Below, one piece after another: positions 50,154 through 60,351 of a stretch of DNA of 64,000 bases. Positions within the stretch are counted from its first letter, which is position 1; each line of letters begins with the position of its first letter. The DNA comes from Candidatus Latescibacterota bacterium (GTDB taxonomy: Bacteria; Latescibacterota; CBDEFO01), in contig CBDEFO010000006.1 in the NCBI GenBank assembly GCA_965237525.1, forward strand, positions 320,001-384,000, read 5' to 3'. The position numbers and the translations under genes were made by a program. The notes beneath the pieces are model-generated. The model saw only the letters and a list, made by a program, of their open reading frames with translations. It ran no database searches and had not been told where the DNA came from.

Positions 50154-51609
50154 ATGCCGCAACAAGAGAACAGAGATGAAGTAACACTCGGAAAAACAGG
50201 TCCGCTCAAGATACTCCCTGTCCCGATGTTTATGGGGTTATTTGCCTATTTAGGCCCTGGAATCGTGTGGGCACGACTGGCCCAGGGTAGCGGAGAGCTT
50301 ATATGGTGGCTCTACCTTACCGCTAAATACGGCGCGGCATTTCTGGGACTTTTAATTCCTGCTTGTTTTCTCCAATTCTGGGTCAATCTGGAGATCATAA
50401 GGTACACCGCCGCTACAGGCGAGACGATGATGGCGGGATTCAGCAGGATAGGGAAGTGGTACGCCACATTGATCTGGATCGGAATCTTCGTAGAGAACGT
50501 CTGGTTCGGGGCGTACGCCTCCGCTGGACGCACTGCCCTTGCTGAGCTTACCGGGCTGCCTTCAGGATGGTCTCAAAGGGGACAATCCCTCTTTTGGGGA
50601 TAGTTCACGATAGCTGTGTATCTCTTTGCGCTCTTCTTTGGAAAAGTGGTCTATAAGGTAATAGAAAGATTCACCATAGCTATCGTAGTCATAACTCATC
50701 GGTGGAGTCATTGCGGCCGTTCTGCAATCCAAGGTCTTAGCGGTTGGTGGAGAGTTCTTCAGTGCACTTATAAAGCCACACTTTTACGTCCCCGACAACT
50801 GGGAAGCTGGCGATACGAAGGTGGTAATCACAGCTATAGCCTTTGCAGGAGCCGGGGGATTTGGACAGTTTTTCTTCGCCTACTGGATGAGAGACAAGGG
50901 CGTGGGAATGGGTAAATACATAGGCAGGGTCACAAGTCCTATCACAGGGGAGGCAGAATCTATACCCTCCACAGGGTACGCCTTTTCTGATACGCAGGAG
51001 AACAGGAAGAACTACAAAGGCTTTGTCAGATACCTATCGTTTGAGAATGGATTAGGAGTTATTCTAAACCTTATAACTACGGTATTTATGTGCTGGCTCG
51101 CATGGGCGCTCCTTATGCCCGAAGGCAAAGTGCCTGAGGGCTGGCAGATAGCTGTAGTTCAATCGGCCTTCTTCGAGGTCGCCTGGGGACCCATCGGCAA
51201 GGCCGTTTTCCTCGTAGTAGCTGCCGCCTTCCTGTGCGATGCGTGGCTTCAGCTTACAGACGGGTATTCCAGAATACAGGCGGACTACTTCTGCTCCAAC
51301 TTCCAGTGGGCCAAAAGATTCCACTTCAGGACGTGGTACTACATGTTCGTAGTCCTCTTTACCGTCCTGACTGCAATAACCATCCTCCTTGCGCAGCCCG
51401 GAGCCCTTATAATCATAAGAGGGGTGATCGCCTTCCTATCTATGGGCATATACTGTCCCGCTCTGATATACCTGAACTTCTATATGTTGCCCAAAGCCTT
51501 CCCCGCATGGGTGAAGCCTCACTGGGCAGTCAGGACTATGATGTTTATAGTCACGGCGATATATATAGGAGTCGGATTGTGGTATGTGTGGATACTTATA
51601 AAAGGCTAA
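50154..51609 (+). pseudogene. Nramp-like membrane transporter pseudogene
   Basis: LGPGIV...GSGELIWW; in-frame TAG at 50601-50603 and a frameshift near 50700; C part is 50821-51609. Confidence 0.75.
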
Positions 51610-51642
51610 TAAGTGATTGTTAGCACCCTGCAGAAGGAACAT

Positions 51643-53844
51643 CTAACGGTTAGCACCGTGCTTTCGCAGGATCTCGGCGATCTCGGTGTGGACGTTCTTT
51701 TCTGCCCAAGCCAGAGGTGTGGCCCACGGCTCGTCGTCGGGTAGGTTAGTTGCGGCGCCGCGTTCGAGCAGAAATCCAACCATTTCCTTTCGACCCCTTC
51801 GGGCGGCAAGACCGAGTGGTGTAGAGCAATATTCCTCGTCTCTGGGGTTGATGTCTGCGCCAAAATCGAGCAAAAGTTTGGCCTTATCGAAATTTCCGGC
51901 AGCCGCCATATCGTGGAGAAGTGTGATCTGCAGCCAGTTCCTGTGGTTGGGATTCATGCCGTTTTCAAGGAGAAACTTGGCCACATCGTAGTGGTTGAAA
52001 TAGTAGGACTGGCCCCATTTGCTCACATCAGGCACTCTAGCCCCGTAGCGCAGGAGAAGATTTAGCATGTCGAACTGAGCCCGCTTAGCTGGCAAACTCA
52101 TAACGCCTTCACCCCAGAAGAAGTCGTCCCGGTTTACCAGGTCTAGATTTTCTTTGAGCAGCTGTTCGGCGGCAGCCACATCGTGATCTAATACAGCAGT
52201 GAAAAAGGGATGAGGCTCTTGGGCTCCATGCTCCAGGAGTAGTTCGTACATGTCACCTTCGGCGTGCGCTAGGGGAGGGCCAGATGATTCGACGACGGCA
52301 TTGGGATCGGCCCCGTGCTCGAGCAGTGCCCGGGCAATGTCGATTTGATTACCCCTTACGGCAGCCCAGAGGGTATATCCTTTAGGAGCCTGTGCCTCAG
52401 GTGCATTGGGATCTGCCCTGTGTTCTAAAAGCAACTTGACGATCTCCGCGTACCCTCGTTCTGCGGCTGCGGATATCGGCCTTTTTCTGCAAGAGTCGTT
52501 GAAGTTTGCCAGAGAGGGATCATCTTGCAGGAATTCTCGGACCTGCTGGAGATCACCCAGCGCCGCGGCAGTATTAATGTTATACTCTGCACCTTTAGCC
52601 AGCAGATAGCCCACCATTAGCAAATTGTCTTTCCGCACCCAATAGTTGTTGCGGTAAAACGCCAGGTGAATTGGTCTGAACCCGTCACTGCGCTGGGCAT
52701 TGACATCCGCCCCCTTGTCGATCAGGTAGCGGACCATGTAGAAATGATCGTCGTTCACGGCTCGATGCAGCGGAGTTGCCCCGTCCGGATCACTTGCATT
52801 CACCAGTTGGGGTGATTCTCCAAGGATCGCTCTGACCTTCCCATGATCTCTACCAGACACTGCTTCGACCAGATCTGCAGCCTGGGCTGAGAACCCTTTG
52901 TCCCGCTTCCGCAGTGCTTCCTCGAGGATCTGGACAACTGCATCATGGCCTCGGTCGGCGGCCAGCGTCAACAGCGAGTCTCCAAAGAAGTACGTGCGAT
53001 AGGAGGGGTTAGCGCCGTGCTCAAGTAGGTAGCTCACCACGTCAACGTGGCCCTCTCTGACAGCAAAGTGTATCGGCTGCGTATAATTATATTGGCATTC
53101 AACCAGGTCAGGGTTTTTCTCCACGAGTTGCTGGATCGTCTGCAAATCGCCCTTCAGTGCTGCGCAGAGCATTTCCCATATATCTGTCCCTGCAACCTTT
53201 CCAAACAGCCTAAACTCGGTGGTCTTGAGCACCCTCGGTTTAATCATTCGCTTGATCTTACTGGCAAACTTCTCGTCCCGCGAAGGAGTTTCTTCACGAA
53301 GTTTCTTCTTCGCCATATATATCATCCTTTTCTTCAGCCGCTTCCGGGAGGCGCGAAGCCGGTGATCGACCGTCGTTCGGGGAATCTCCAGGAACTCGGC
53401 AATTTCGTTTTGTGAATACCCATTACTATAGAAGAGCGTTGTGACCATCCGCTGGTTTTCTGGCAGTGCCCCAATTGCTGCTAAGACCGCGTCCTTCATC
53501 TCCTGTTCAAGCACAGCCTCTGCAGGATCTTTCGCCTCTGAAGACATTTCGACCGCCGCTTCCAGTGGGACGGTCTCAATGCGCATTCCCCGTGTGAGCC
53601 GGTCGCAGTGTTTGAAGATAATCTTGCGAAACCAGCCCGGGAAGGCATCAGGTTCGCGAAGCTGAGGCAAGTCACTCCAGGCTCCGATAAATGCCTCCTG
53701 GGCAGCATCCTCAGCCAGATGAAAATTGCCCAGAATCGAGTATGCATAGCCCACGGCCATGTCTTGAAAACGTTGGACAATCGCGCCGAAAGCGTCCAGG
53801 TCACCTGCTTGTGCGCAAATGATGAGTGATTTCAAATCTTCCAT
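51643..53844 (-). CDS. ECF sigma-70 factor fused to a long ankyrin-repeat domain
   Basis: Region 2 AEDAAQEAF...FPGWFRKI, region 4 YSQNEIAEFLEIPRTTVDHRLRASRKRL, then many TPLH/LLEHGADPN repeats; likely start ATG 53844. Confidence 0.88.
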   Translation of the reverse strand: MEDLKSLIICAQAGDLDAFGAIVQRFQDMAVGYAYSILGNFHLAEDAAQEAFIGAWSDLPQLREPDAFPGWFRKIIFKHCDRLTRGMRIETVPLEAAVEMSSEAKDPAEAVLEQEMKDAVLAAIGALPENQRMVTTLFYSNGYSQNEIAEFLEIPRTTVDHRLRASRKRLKKRMIYMAKKKLREETPSRDEKFASKIKRMIKPRVLKTTEFRLFGKVAGTDIWEMLCAALKGDLQTIQQLVEKNPDLVECQYNYTQPIHFAVREGHVDVVSYLLEHGANPSYRTYFFGDSLLTLAADRGHDAVVQILEEALRKRDKGFSAQAADLVEAVSGRDHGKVRAILGESPQLVNASDPDGATPLHRAVNDDHFYMVRYLIDKGADVNAQRSDGFRPIHLAFYRNNYWVRKDNLLMVGYLLAKGAEYNINTAAALGDLQQVREFLQDDPSLANFNDSCRKRPISAAAERGYAEIVKLLLEHRADPNAPEAQAPKGYTLWAAVRGNQIDIARALLEHGADPNAVVESSGPPLAHAEGDMYELLLEHGAQEPHPFFTAVLDHDVAAAEQLLKENLDLVNRDDFFWGEGVMSLPAKRAQFDMLNLLLRYGARVPDVSKWGQSYYFNHYDVAKFLLENGMNPNHRNWLQITLLHDMAAAGNFDKAKLLLDFGADINPRDEEYCSTPLGLAARRGRKEMVGFLLERGAATNLPDDEPWATPLAWAEKNVHTEIAEILRKHGANR

Positions 53845-54122
53845 ATACGAAAAATTCCCTGTCAAAAGCTCTTCTATAAGTACAGACCCAACTTGACAAG
53901 GAAACCCGCACAAAAAATTTAGAAAATCTCTATTCCTATCAAGAAACTGACGGTGTTCTTGCACCTACTAACATAAAAGGCCGGTAAAGTCAAGGATGGA
54001 AATCATTTTCGGAGGTGAAGAAACTGGAACTATATCACTCATCGATGTCCAGGGAGGATTAGTAGCAATAAAGCGCATCGAGTCCTGATGATTTTTTTGG
54101 GCTTGCGTCTTTCTCGACTCCT

Positions 54123-54449
54123 TTAGTAGGTGGGTAGATCAATCGCTGAGATCCAGATCTCCTCGTAATTCCTCAAAGCCTCCCTCCAGCTATCTATATT
54201 TCCTTTTCCATCCTGAAGGCTCTGCGCCTCCCTATCTATTCTTTCTTGGGGCTGTGCTATTCTCTCTATTATCTCAGGATGACGCCGGTCTATAATCTCC
54301 TCTGTCGATGGATGGAATCTTGCTTTGACTGCATCTACCACCTCGCAAAATTGGGAGCTTAAGATCTCAATCGAGTACGTAACCTCGAAATCACGTGGGT
54401 CAGAGCGATCTCTTCTGTGATCTGTCCTTTTCAAGGCCGGAAGAGCCAT
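54123..54449 (-). CDS. Hypothetical protein
   Basis: 108-aa ORF with GAGGAGGTG RBS. Confidence 0.55.
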   Translation of the reverse strand: MALPALKRTDHRRDRSDPRDFEVTYSIEILSSQFCEVVDAVKARFHPSTEEIIDRRHPEIIERIAQPQERIDREAQSLQDGKGNIDSWREALRNYEEIWISAIDLPTY

Positions 54450-54696
54450 TTATAACACCTCCTCTGATGCATATCGTTAAATGATGAAGACAAATTTACG
54501 CTGTTCATATATTACTGAACATAATAATAGCATACAACAGTGCAGATGTCAAGCAAAACATTGGAGAATTGCAAAACGCCTTATTGTCGAGTCTGCTGAG
54601 GAGATGTCTGTGTTGCCTATCTTTTTCGAAATTCCCTTGACAGAGAGATGTGTTGGCATTAAGTTATACTTAAAATCAGCGCGGAGGTAGCAGTAC

Positions 54697-54918
54697 ATGA
54701 ATAAAAGATCTCGGAAAACTACTGAATCTTCCTTTCCTATAAACTGGACCTTCCTCTTAATTGGCATTGCAACAATAATCGTTGGATATATCTTACTGAG
54801 TATTCCTCCGGCTGAAGGGTTTTGGTCGTTGACAGCGGCTCCTATTGTGCTGATAACCGGATACTGCGTTATTATACCTATAGCTCTTTTGAAAGGGAAA
54901 GAAAGGAAAAGTGAATAG
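54697..54918 (+). CDS. Small two-TM membrane protein (DUF3098-like)
   Basis: NWTFLLIGIATIIVGYILL...SLTAAPIVLITGY; GGAGG RBS. Confidence 0.7.
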   Translation: MNKRSRKTTESSFPINWTFLLIGIATIIVGYILLSIPPAEGFWSLTAAPIVLITGYCVIIPIALLKGKERKSE

Positions 54919-54992
54919 GGAAGAGGCTGGCTCTGTCCTCCTTACGAGCACTCTGTGTTAGACCTTTAATAGACATAAGACTGATAAACAAA

Positions 54993-55023
54993 GGGGATTA
55001 CAGTTGATTTCTGTAATCCCCTT
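54993..55023. terminator. Putative (bidirectional) intrinsic terminator hairpin
   Basis: AGGGGATTACAG...CTGTAATCCCCT stem between convergent genes. Confidence 0.5.
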
Positions 55024-55173
55024 ACCTATGAGATTACTTCGGGGGGGAAGCAATCTCAATTCCGTAGTTGAAACGATCATTCCTTACCACTGTGCCGTTG
55101 TCAGGGATAGACTGTGCGGGAACAGACAAGAATCACTGTTCAACTAAGAGAGATTCGCCGGTTCGACACCAGC

Positions 55174-57486
55174 TCAAATCATCCCGAACGTCCTGAGTAA
55201 CTTTGACACGCGCTTGGGCTCATCAGTCGGCGGAGCGCAGGCCGTTCCAGCGCATATATAAGCCTGCGGACCCGACTCTATATCGGCGTATTTGACTATC
55301 AGAGCCACAGTCTCAGGGAACTTCTTGTCCTTAACCTCAAAAGGGTCGTAGTTGATCACTATCTTTCCCGGCCTGTAGGTCTTGTGGCCTGCCCTCATAA
55401 GCTCCAAAGTACGACCGTCGTCCTTCTTACCCACTACCACAGCCTGAGCTGGATGGTTCAGATGATAATCCACACCTAAGGCATACGATGAGGCAAAGGC
55501 CCCATAGGCCGCAGCAGCCCCCGCGAATGCCTCAAGCGTCTTTTGCGCCCAGTTCCTGTACTTTTCCTCATCGGTCAGATAGTATATCCTGTCCAGAACC
55601 ATGGCCGCTATGGAGTTTGCCGCAGGATATGGTGAATCTTCAAAGGCCTTGCGCTTCATCTTCAACAATCCCAAAGCCTCTTGGGAGGGATTTGAATCCC
55701 AAAAGCCTCCATTTTCACCGTCCCAGAATTCCCGATGAGAGTAGTCCATAAGGTCCATAGCTATCTCCAGATGCTGGAAATCCCCCGTCACTTCAAAGGC
55801 GTCTAAGAGGGCGTAAGCCATCCATACCTGATCTTCCAGGAGCCCTTCGACCCTCGCCTTTCCGTCTAAATAGATGTGCCTTACGCCCTTTGGGGGCGTG
55901 TAGGACTTTTCCAGCACGAACGAAAGGCTCCTCAGCGCAAAATCCCTTATATCGTCCCTACCCAGCACCCTGGAAGCCTCAAGATAGGCTGAAATCATCA
56001 TACCATTGTAATTTGAGAAAATATTCTTATCCACAAAGGGAGGCTTCCGCTTATTCCTGATTTCAAGGAGCCTCTCTTTGCCGCTTTCTATGAGCCTATC
56101 GGCTTCGGCCAGGGACACAGCTAACTTTGATGCCACCTCTTCAAGGGGCAAGGCTTCGTACAGAACGTTTCTTTCCGGCGCGCTCTCAAGATCGTGAGGA
56201 ATCTCCCTGACTCCGTAGTGGAGAATCGAGGCCTTTCGTTCATTATCGCTCAATGCGTTTTCTATTTCCTTTTGAGTCCACGTGAAATAATCCCCGTCGT
56301 CCTCCAAACTCACGTCCGCATCTTGATGTCCGTAAAAGCCGCCATTTTCCCGATCGGACAGAACTCTGTCAACATATTCTACAATGCCTTCTGCTATCTG
56401 TTTGAAGTACTCGTCACCGCTTATCTGATACGCGTGCAAGTAGTTCTTTAGGAGTCCGGCGTTCACGTAGGACATCTTCTCAAAGTGCGGGACGTTCCAC
56501 TTGCGATCTACCGAATATCTGTGAAACCCCCCACCTATGTGATCCCGTATTCCCCCCTTTGCCATCACCTTGAGGGTCTTGAGGGCTATCTCGAGCATCT
56601 GATCATCTTGGTTCTTAAAATACTCCAACATAGCCAATTCCATAGCCCCTGAGTTGGGGAATTTGGGACCATTTCCTTGTCCGAATCCCCCGTACTCGTC
56701 ATCAAACGCCTGCTGCAAAGCAAAGGCCAGGGAATCCACCAAGCTTTCTGACAGTTCCCCGGTCTTAATCTGCAAATCTCCGAGAGTCTCTAAATGTCTA
56801 TATATTCTGTCCGCCCCCTGCAGGACTTGATCTCTATCATCTTTGTACATCTGTGCGATATTCGGCAGAAGGCTCCTCATACCTGGCCTTCCCAATCTGT
56901 CTGAAGGGGGAAAATACGTTCCGCCGAAGAAGAGCTTTCCCTCAGGAGTCAAGAACGCCGTAAGGGGCCATCCTCCTCCGCCCGTTATCGCTCTTACTGC
57001 CCTCTGATATCTCCTGTCCACGTCGGGCCTTTCGTCCATGTCCACCTTGACGGGTATAAAATACTCATTTATGATCTCTGCAATCTCCTCATTTTCGTAG
57101 GTCTCCCTGTCCATCACGTGGCACCAGTGACACCAGACGGCTCCTATGTCCAGAAGAATGGGTCTGTCCAGTTCCTTTGCTGCCTGGAAGGCCTCTTGGT
57201 CCCATGGATACCAGTTGACCGGCTGATGCGCTGCGCTCTTTAGATAGGCGCTGGAAGATCCAGCCAGGCGGTTTACCCGTGGAGAGTCTTCCGACCGATT
57301 GCGACTCTCGTTTACATCTCCACTGTCCCCTGAGCTGCAGCTTATCATTATGCTCAAGGCAGCGACGGCTAAATAGCAGCAGACAGGTCTCCGATTGAAT
57401 CCCCGATTGAGTCTATCGGGGATCGGGACAGAGGCTTTCCTTCTGCTCCGAACTAAACTGAAGGAGGCTTTCCGTAATCTATTCAC
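55174..57486 (-). CDS. YyaL/SPATA20-like thioredoxin-domain protein with N-terminal extension
   Basis: NRLAGSSSAYL...PVNWYPW, WCHWCHVM, GGWPLT, GGFHRYSVD, PHFEKM. Confidence 0.92.
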   Translation of the reverse strand: MNRLRKASFSLVRSRRKASVPIPDRLNRGFNRRPVCCYLAVAALSIMISCSSGDSGDVNESRNRSEDSPRVNRLAGSSSAYLKSAAHQPVNWYPWDQEAFQAAKELDRPILLDIGAVWCHWCHVMDRETYENEEIAEIINEYFIPVKVDMDERPDVDRRYQRAVRAITGGGGWPLTAFLTPEGKLFFGGTYFPPSDRLGRPGMRSLLPNIAQMYKDDRDQVLQGADRIYRHLETLGDLQIKTGELSESLVDSLAFALQQAFDDEYGGFGQGNGPKFPNSGAMELAMLEYFKNQDDQMLEIALKTLKVMAKGGIRDHIGGGFHRYSVDRKWNVPHFEKMSYVNAGLLKNYLHAYQISGDEYFKQIAEGIVEYVDRVLSDRENGGFYGHQDADVSLEDDGDYFTWTQKEIENALSDNERKASILHYGVREIPHDLESAPERNVLYEALPLEEVASKLAVSLAEADRLIESGKERLLEIRNKRKPPFVDKNIFSNYNGMMISAYLEASRVLGRDDIRDFALRSLSFVLEKSYTPPKGVRHIYLDGKARVEGLLEDQVWMAYALLDAFEVTGDFQHLEIAMDLMDYSHREFWDGENGGFWDSNPSQEALGLLKMKRKAFEDSPYPAANSIAAMVLDRIYYLTDEEKYRNWAQKTLEAFAGAAAAYGAFASSYALGVDYHLNHPAQAVVVGKKDDGRTLELMRAGHKTYRPGKIVINYDPFEVKDKKFPETVALIVKYADIESGPQAYICAGTACAPPTDEPKRVSKLLRTFGMI

Positions 57487-57539
57487 TTTGAATCATCCTC
57501 TCTATGTGCTAATCTCAGGCTGCGAAGCTGATAATAGCG

Positions 57540-58130
57540 TTATTTGATGCTATCCCGACCAATTCTAGCCCTTATTCTACACCACGTCCATATAACGGTG
57601 TATGAACATAGCGAACCTAATATCGCCCCTCCTAAAATATCTGAGGGATAGTGCACACCGACATAGACTCTTGAGTATGCGACAGAAGAAGCTATGATAA
57701 GGGACGGAACAGTCACGCGGCGGTAGTAGTAAGAAAATAGCAGCGCACCGGCGAATATATTTGCCGCATGCCCCGACGGAAAGGAGAACGAACCCTTCAG
57801 TATCCGAGAGACGACGGGGGGTGTATATATCCAGCCTTCGGAGGAGCTCCAAAAATGAACGCTTCCCAAAACGTTGCAGGGCCTAATCCTCCCGACCAAA
57901 GGCTTTATTAGGCTGCTGGTGAGTTGATCTGAGATTGTAATTATGGCTACCGCCAATATCGCTACCTCCCTTCCCTTTGGCCCTCCCTTGAATATCAACA
58001 ACAACCAGACCGCTCCCAATGGGATAAACCAATACTCCCGCGTCGTGAGTACAGGTATTAACACATCAAACAGGGGGTTCTGAAGCGCAAAATTAAGAAG
58101 ATAGAATATCTGGATGTCTAACCAATCCAT
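57540..58130 (-). CDS. PAP2 family phosphatase
   Basis: KPLVGRIRP, SFPSGHA, SRVYVGVHYPSD; ATG at 58130. Confidence 0.9.
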   Translation of the reverse strand: MDWLDIQIFYLLNFALQNPLFDVLIPVLTTREYWFIPLGAVWLLLIFKGGPKGREVAILAVAIITISDQLTSSLIKPLVGRIRPCNVLGSVHFWSSSEGWIYTPPVVSRILKGSFSFPSGHAANIFAGALLFSYYYRRVTVPSLIIASSVAYSRVYVGVHYPSDILGGAILGSLCSYTVIWTWCRIRARIGRDSIK

Positions 58131-58141
58131 ATTCCCACCCT

Positions 58142-59042
58142 TTAGTCTATTGAACCTGTCTCTACAACTCTTTGATAGTAATCCAGGTACTTTTTCGCCA
58201 TTATGTCTGACGTGAAGTTCTCCAACACTCTCTGTCTGCACTTATGCGGATCGATGCTATCCACGTTCTGAATCGCGCTTTTCATCTCCTCGAAGCTGTC
58301 GCACATAAAGCCCACGTCCTGAGTTACTATCTCCGGCATAGCGCCCATCCTTCCTGGTGGTAATCACAGGAGTGCCACTTAGCAGAGCCTCTGCGGTCAC
58401 AAGGCCGAAGGGCTCACCCCATCTGATCGGAAAGATCAGCGCTCTTGCTTTGGCAAGGAGCTGGGCCTTATGTTCTCCTCCCACCTCTCCGAGGGAGCTT
58501 ATGTTTCTGTCTAAGCAGAACTTCCTGCCCCCTGCTATTATAAGCTTGAACTTCATCTTTCTGGCTAACTCAATAGCTGTATCTACGCCCTTGCTGCTTC
58601 TGGAGACCTTTGACAGGAACAAAAAATAATCGTCCTTTTTATCGCTGAACGTGTATTCGTTCGGGTCTATCCCGTTGTAGACAAAATGTCCGCTGTTGTA
58701 CCTTGCAGCGTGCGATCTGCTCAAGAAAATCGTGTTTTTGTGATGTTGGAATTCGGGCGATGTAACTCCATGCATCGTAACTAGAACCGGCTTCGTGAAT
58801 TCCTCGTCCACGTTGAAATGGAGGTGAACCACGTCCACGTCCGACGGCAACACATCCTCTATTTTGTGTCCCTTCTTGATGTGAATTACCTCGCCCTTTG
58901 GGAAAGTCAAGCCCTTGGGAGCCAAAAGATATATTTTACATGCCATATCGGCAAGGGCGTTGCTCAACCAGGTTACCACCCTTTGGGCCTCGCCGTATTT
59001 TTTTACAGGCACGCGTTTGTACATGCACTGCGCTATTTTCAT
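58142..59042 (-). pseudogene. GT4 glycosyltransferase with a frameshift near 58350
   Basis: VYNGID, EPFGLVTAEALLSGTPVI; continues in another frame as GAMPEIV...MAKKYLDYY. Confidence 0.75.
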
Positions 59043-59290
59043 AGGACTTCGGCCTGCCAGTCCCTCAAGCACACCCGATACAGTTCTATCACCTGTTGGC
59101 CATTCTTTTCCCAACTGAACGATTTAGCTGTCGTTAAGGCCCTCCTTGCGTACTGCTCTTTGAGATTTTTATTAGCCAGAAGGTTTCCCATAGCCTGTAC
59201 GACTTCCTCCTCGCTATACGGTTCGACTGTGATAGCGGCAGCGCCGCCAGCAGGTAGTGATCCCCCGAAACGTCACAGCAGAGCGCCAGA
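59039..59290 (-). pseudogene. Orphan GT4 C-terminal fragment homologous to the end of 60352-61503
   Basis: AAITVEPYSEEEVVQAMGNLL...KEQYARRA...FSWEK aligns with AAILVDPYNVEEIAGAVEDLL...KEEYAKRA...FSWEK; its stop overlaps ATG 59042. Confidence 0.75.
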
Positions 59291-60293
59291 GGATATTCTC
59301 CCAAATTGCGATAGCTCTTTCATGCCAGGACTCTTTTCTTGGGCGAGTGCAAGGAGAGGAAGTTCGGGTCTGTAACATCCTACGGATGGTGGTCCAAAAG
59401 AGGGCTGGAGACTTAGCTATCACATCTTTAGCTTTTTCAGGGTCGAGCAAGTAAAAGTCAAAAGTCGCACTGCCTACATGGTCGTTTATATCCATCTTGC
59501 AACCTGAAAGAAAGGCCTCCATCGCTGAGCGGCCACCCGGCTCAGGCCAGAGCGGTTTGAAGAAGAATCTCTCACACCAGGACAATAGATTCAACACTTC
59601 CTCGTTAGAGACCTCGCCCAGCATCTGAACGTTGGGGGGCCACTTTTTGCCCGACCGGTCGGATCCGCAGACAAAAAAAGATAGATCAGTACGCGATACC
59701 GCATAGCGATAGAGCTCAGCATCTCCTTTAAGAGCGTCAATTTTTCCTACAAAGGCCACGGTTCCGGGCTCCTTAGGAGCGACGTGAATTTTGTCTACAG
59801 AGATAGGGGGTGGAAAGACTAATGTAGGCTCTATAGCGTCCCCGTAAATTTCGTAGTGGATCTTCAAATGCAGTGGCGACTGGAATACATTCAATAAAGC
59901 GCTGGCAAAAAGGTCGCGGTAGCAGTGAAAACGAACGCCCTTGCGACAGCCCGCTGCATTGGGATCCGTAAAACAAATAGCAGAGCGCTCCGTGCAGAAA
60001 CCATAATCATGTTCCCATCGAACGTAGGGTCTTGCGCCTTTGATCAGCCATCCGATCAGCTCGTATTCGTACCGACAGCCAAAGATGCTATTCACTATCA
60101 TAAGGTCACAGTGATCAATCAGGGCCCTCGTGGCCCTAAAACTCTTCAGCGCATCCGGGAAGACCTCAAAGCCGTGCTTTGCACCCGCCTGAATAACGGA
60201 CAGATTACTTAACTCGGCGCCTCCGACAAAATTCAGATCGGTATCGTGCAGGAACGCGACTTTTATGAGATCTCTCCGAGTTTCCTGTTTCAT
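59214..60293 (-). CDS. Glycosyltransferase-like protein (GT-B fold), 3' end probably chimeric
   Basis: VGGAELS, FVGK...KG, WPEPGGRSAMEAFLSGC. Confidence 0.65.
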   Translation of the reverse strand: MKQETRRDLIKVAFLHDTDLNFVGGAELSNLSVIQAGAKHGFEVFPDALKSFRATRALIDHCDLMIVNSIFGCRYEYELIGWLIKGARPYVRWEHDYGFCTERSAICFTDPNAAGCRKGVRFHCYRDLFASALLNVFQSPLHLKIHYEIYGDAIEPTLVFPPPISVDKIHVAPKEPGTVAFVGKIDALKGDAELYRYAVSRTDLSFFVCGSDRSGKKWPPNVQMLGEVSNEEVLNLLSWCERFFFKPLWPEPGGRSAMEAFLSGCKMDINDHVGSATFDFYLLDPEKAKDVIAKSPALFWTTIRRMLQTRTSSPCTRPRKESWHERAIAIWENILWRSAVTFRGITTCWRRCRYHSRTV

Positions 60294-60351
60294 CTTATTG
60301 TCTTACAGCAACATCCGGCCATAATTAGGAGAAGCTCCATAGTGATCTTGC

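Noticed and set aside
50601..50603. In-frame TAG as stop-codon recoding (pyrrolysine)
   Set aside because: The same gene also has a frameshift, and TAG ends normal genes in this window, so a pseudogene is the simpler explanation.
17740..57426. Palindromic repeats as a CRISPR array
   Set aside because: They are dispersed over 40 kb with no regular spacers, and there are no cas genes.
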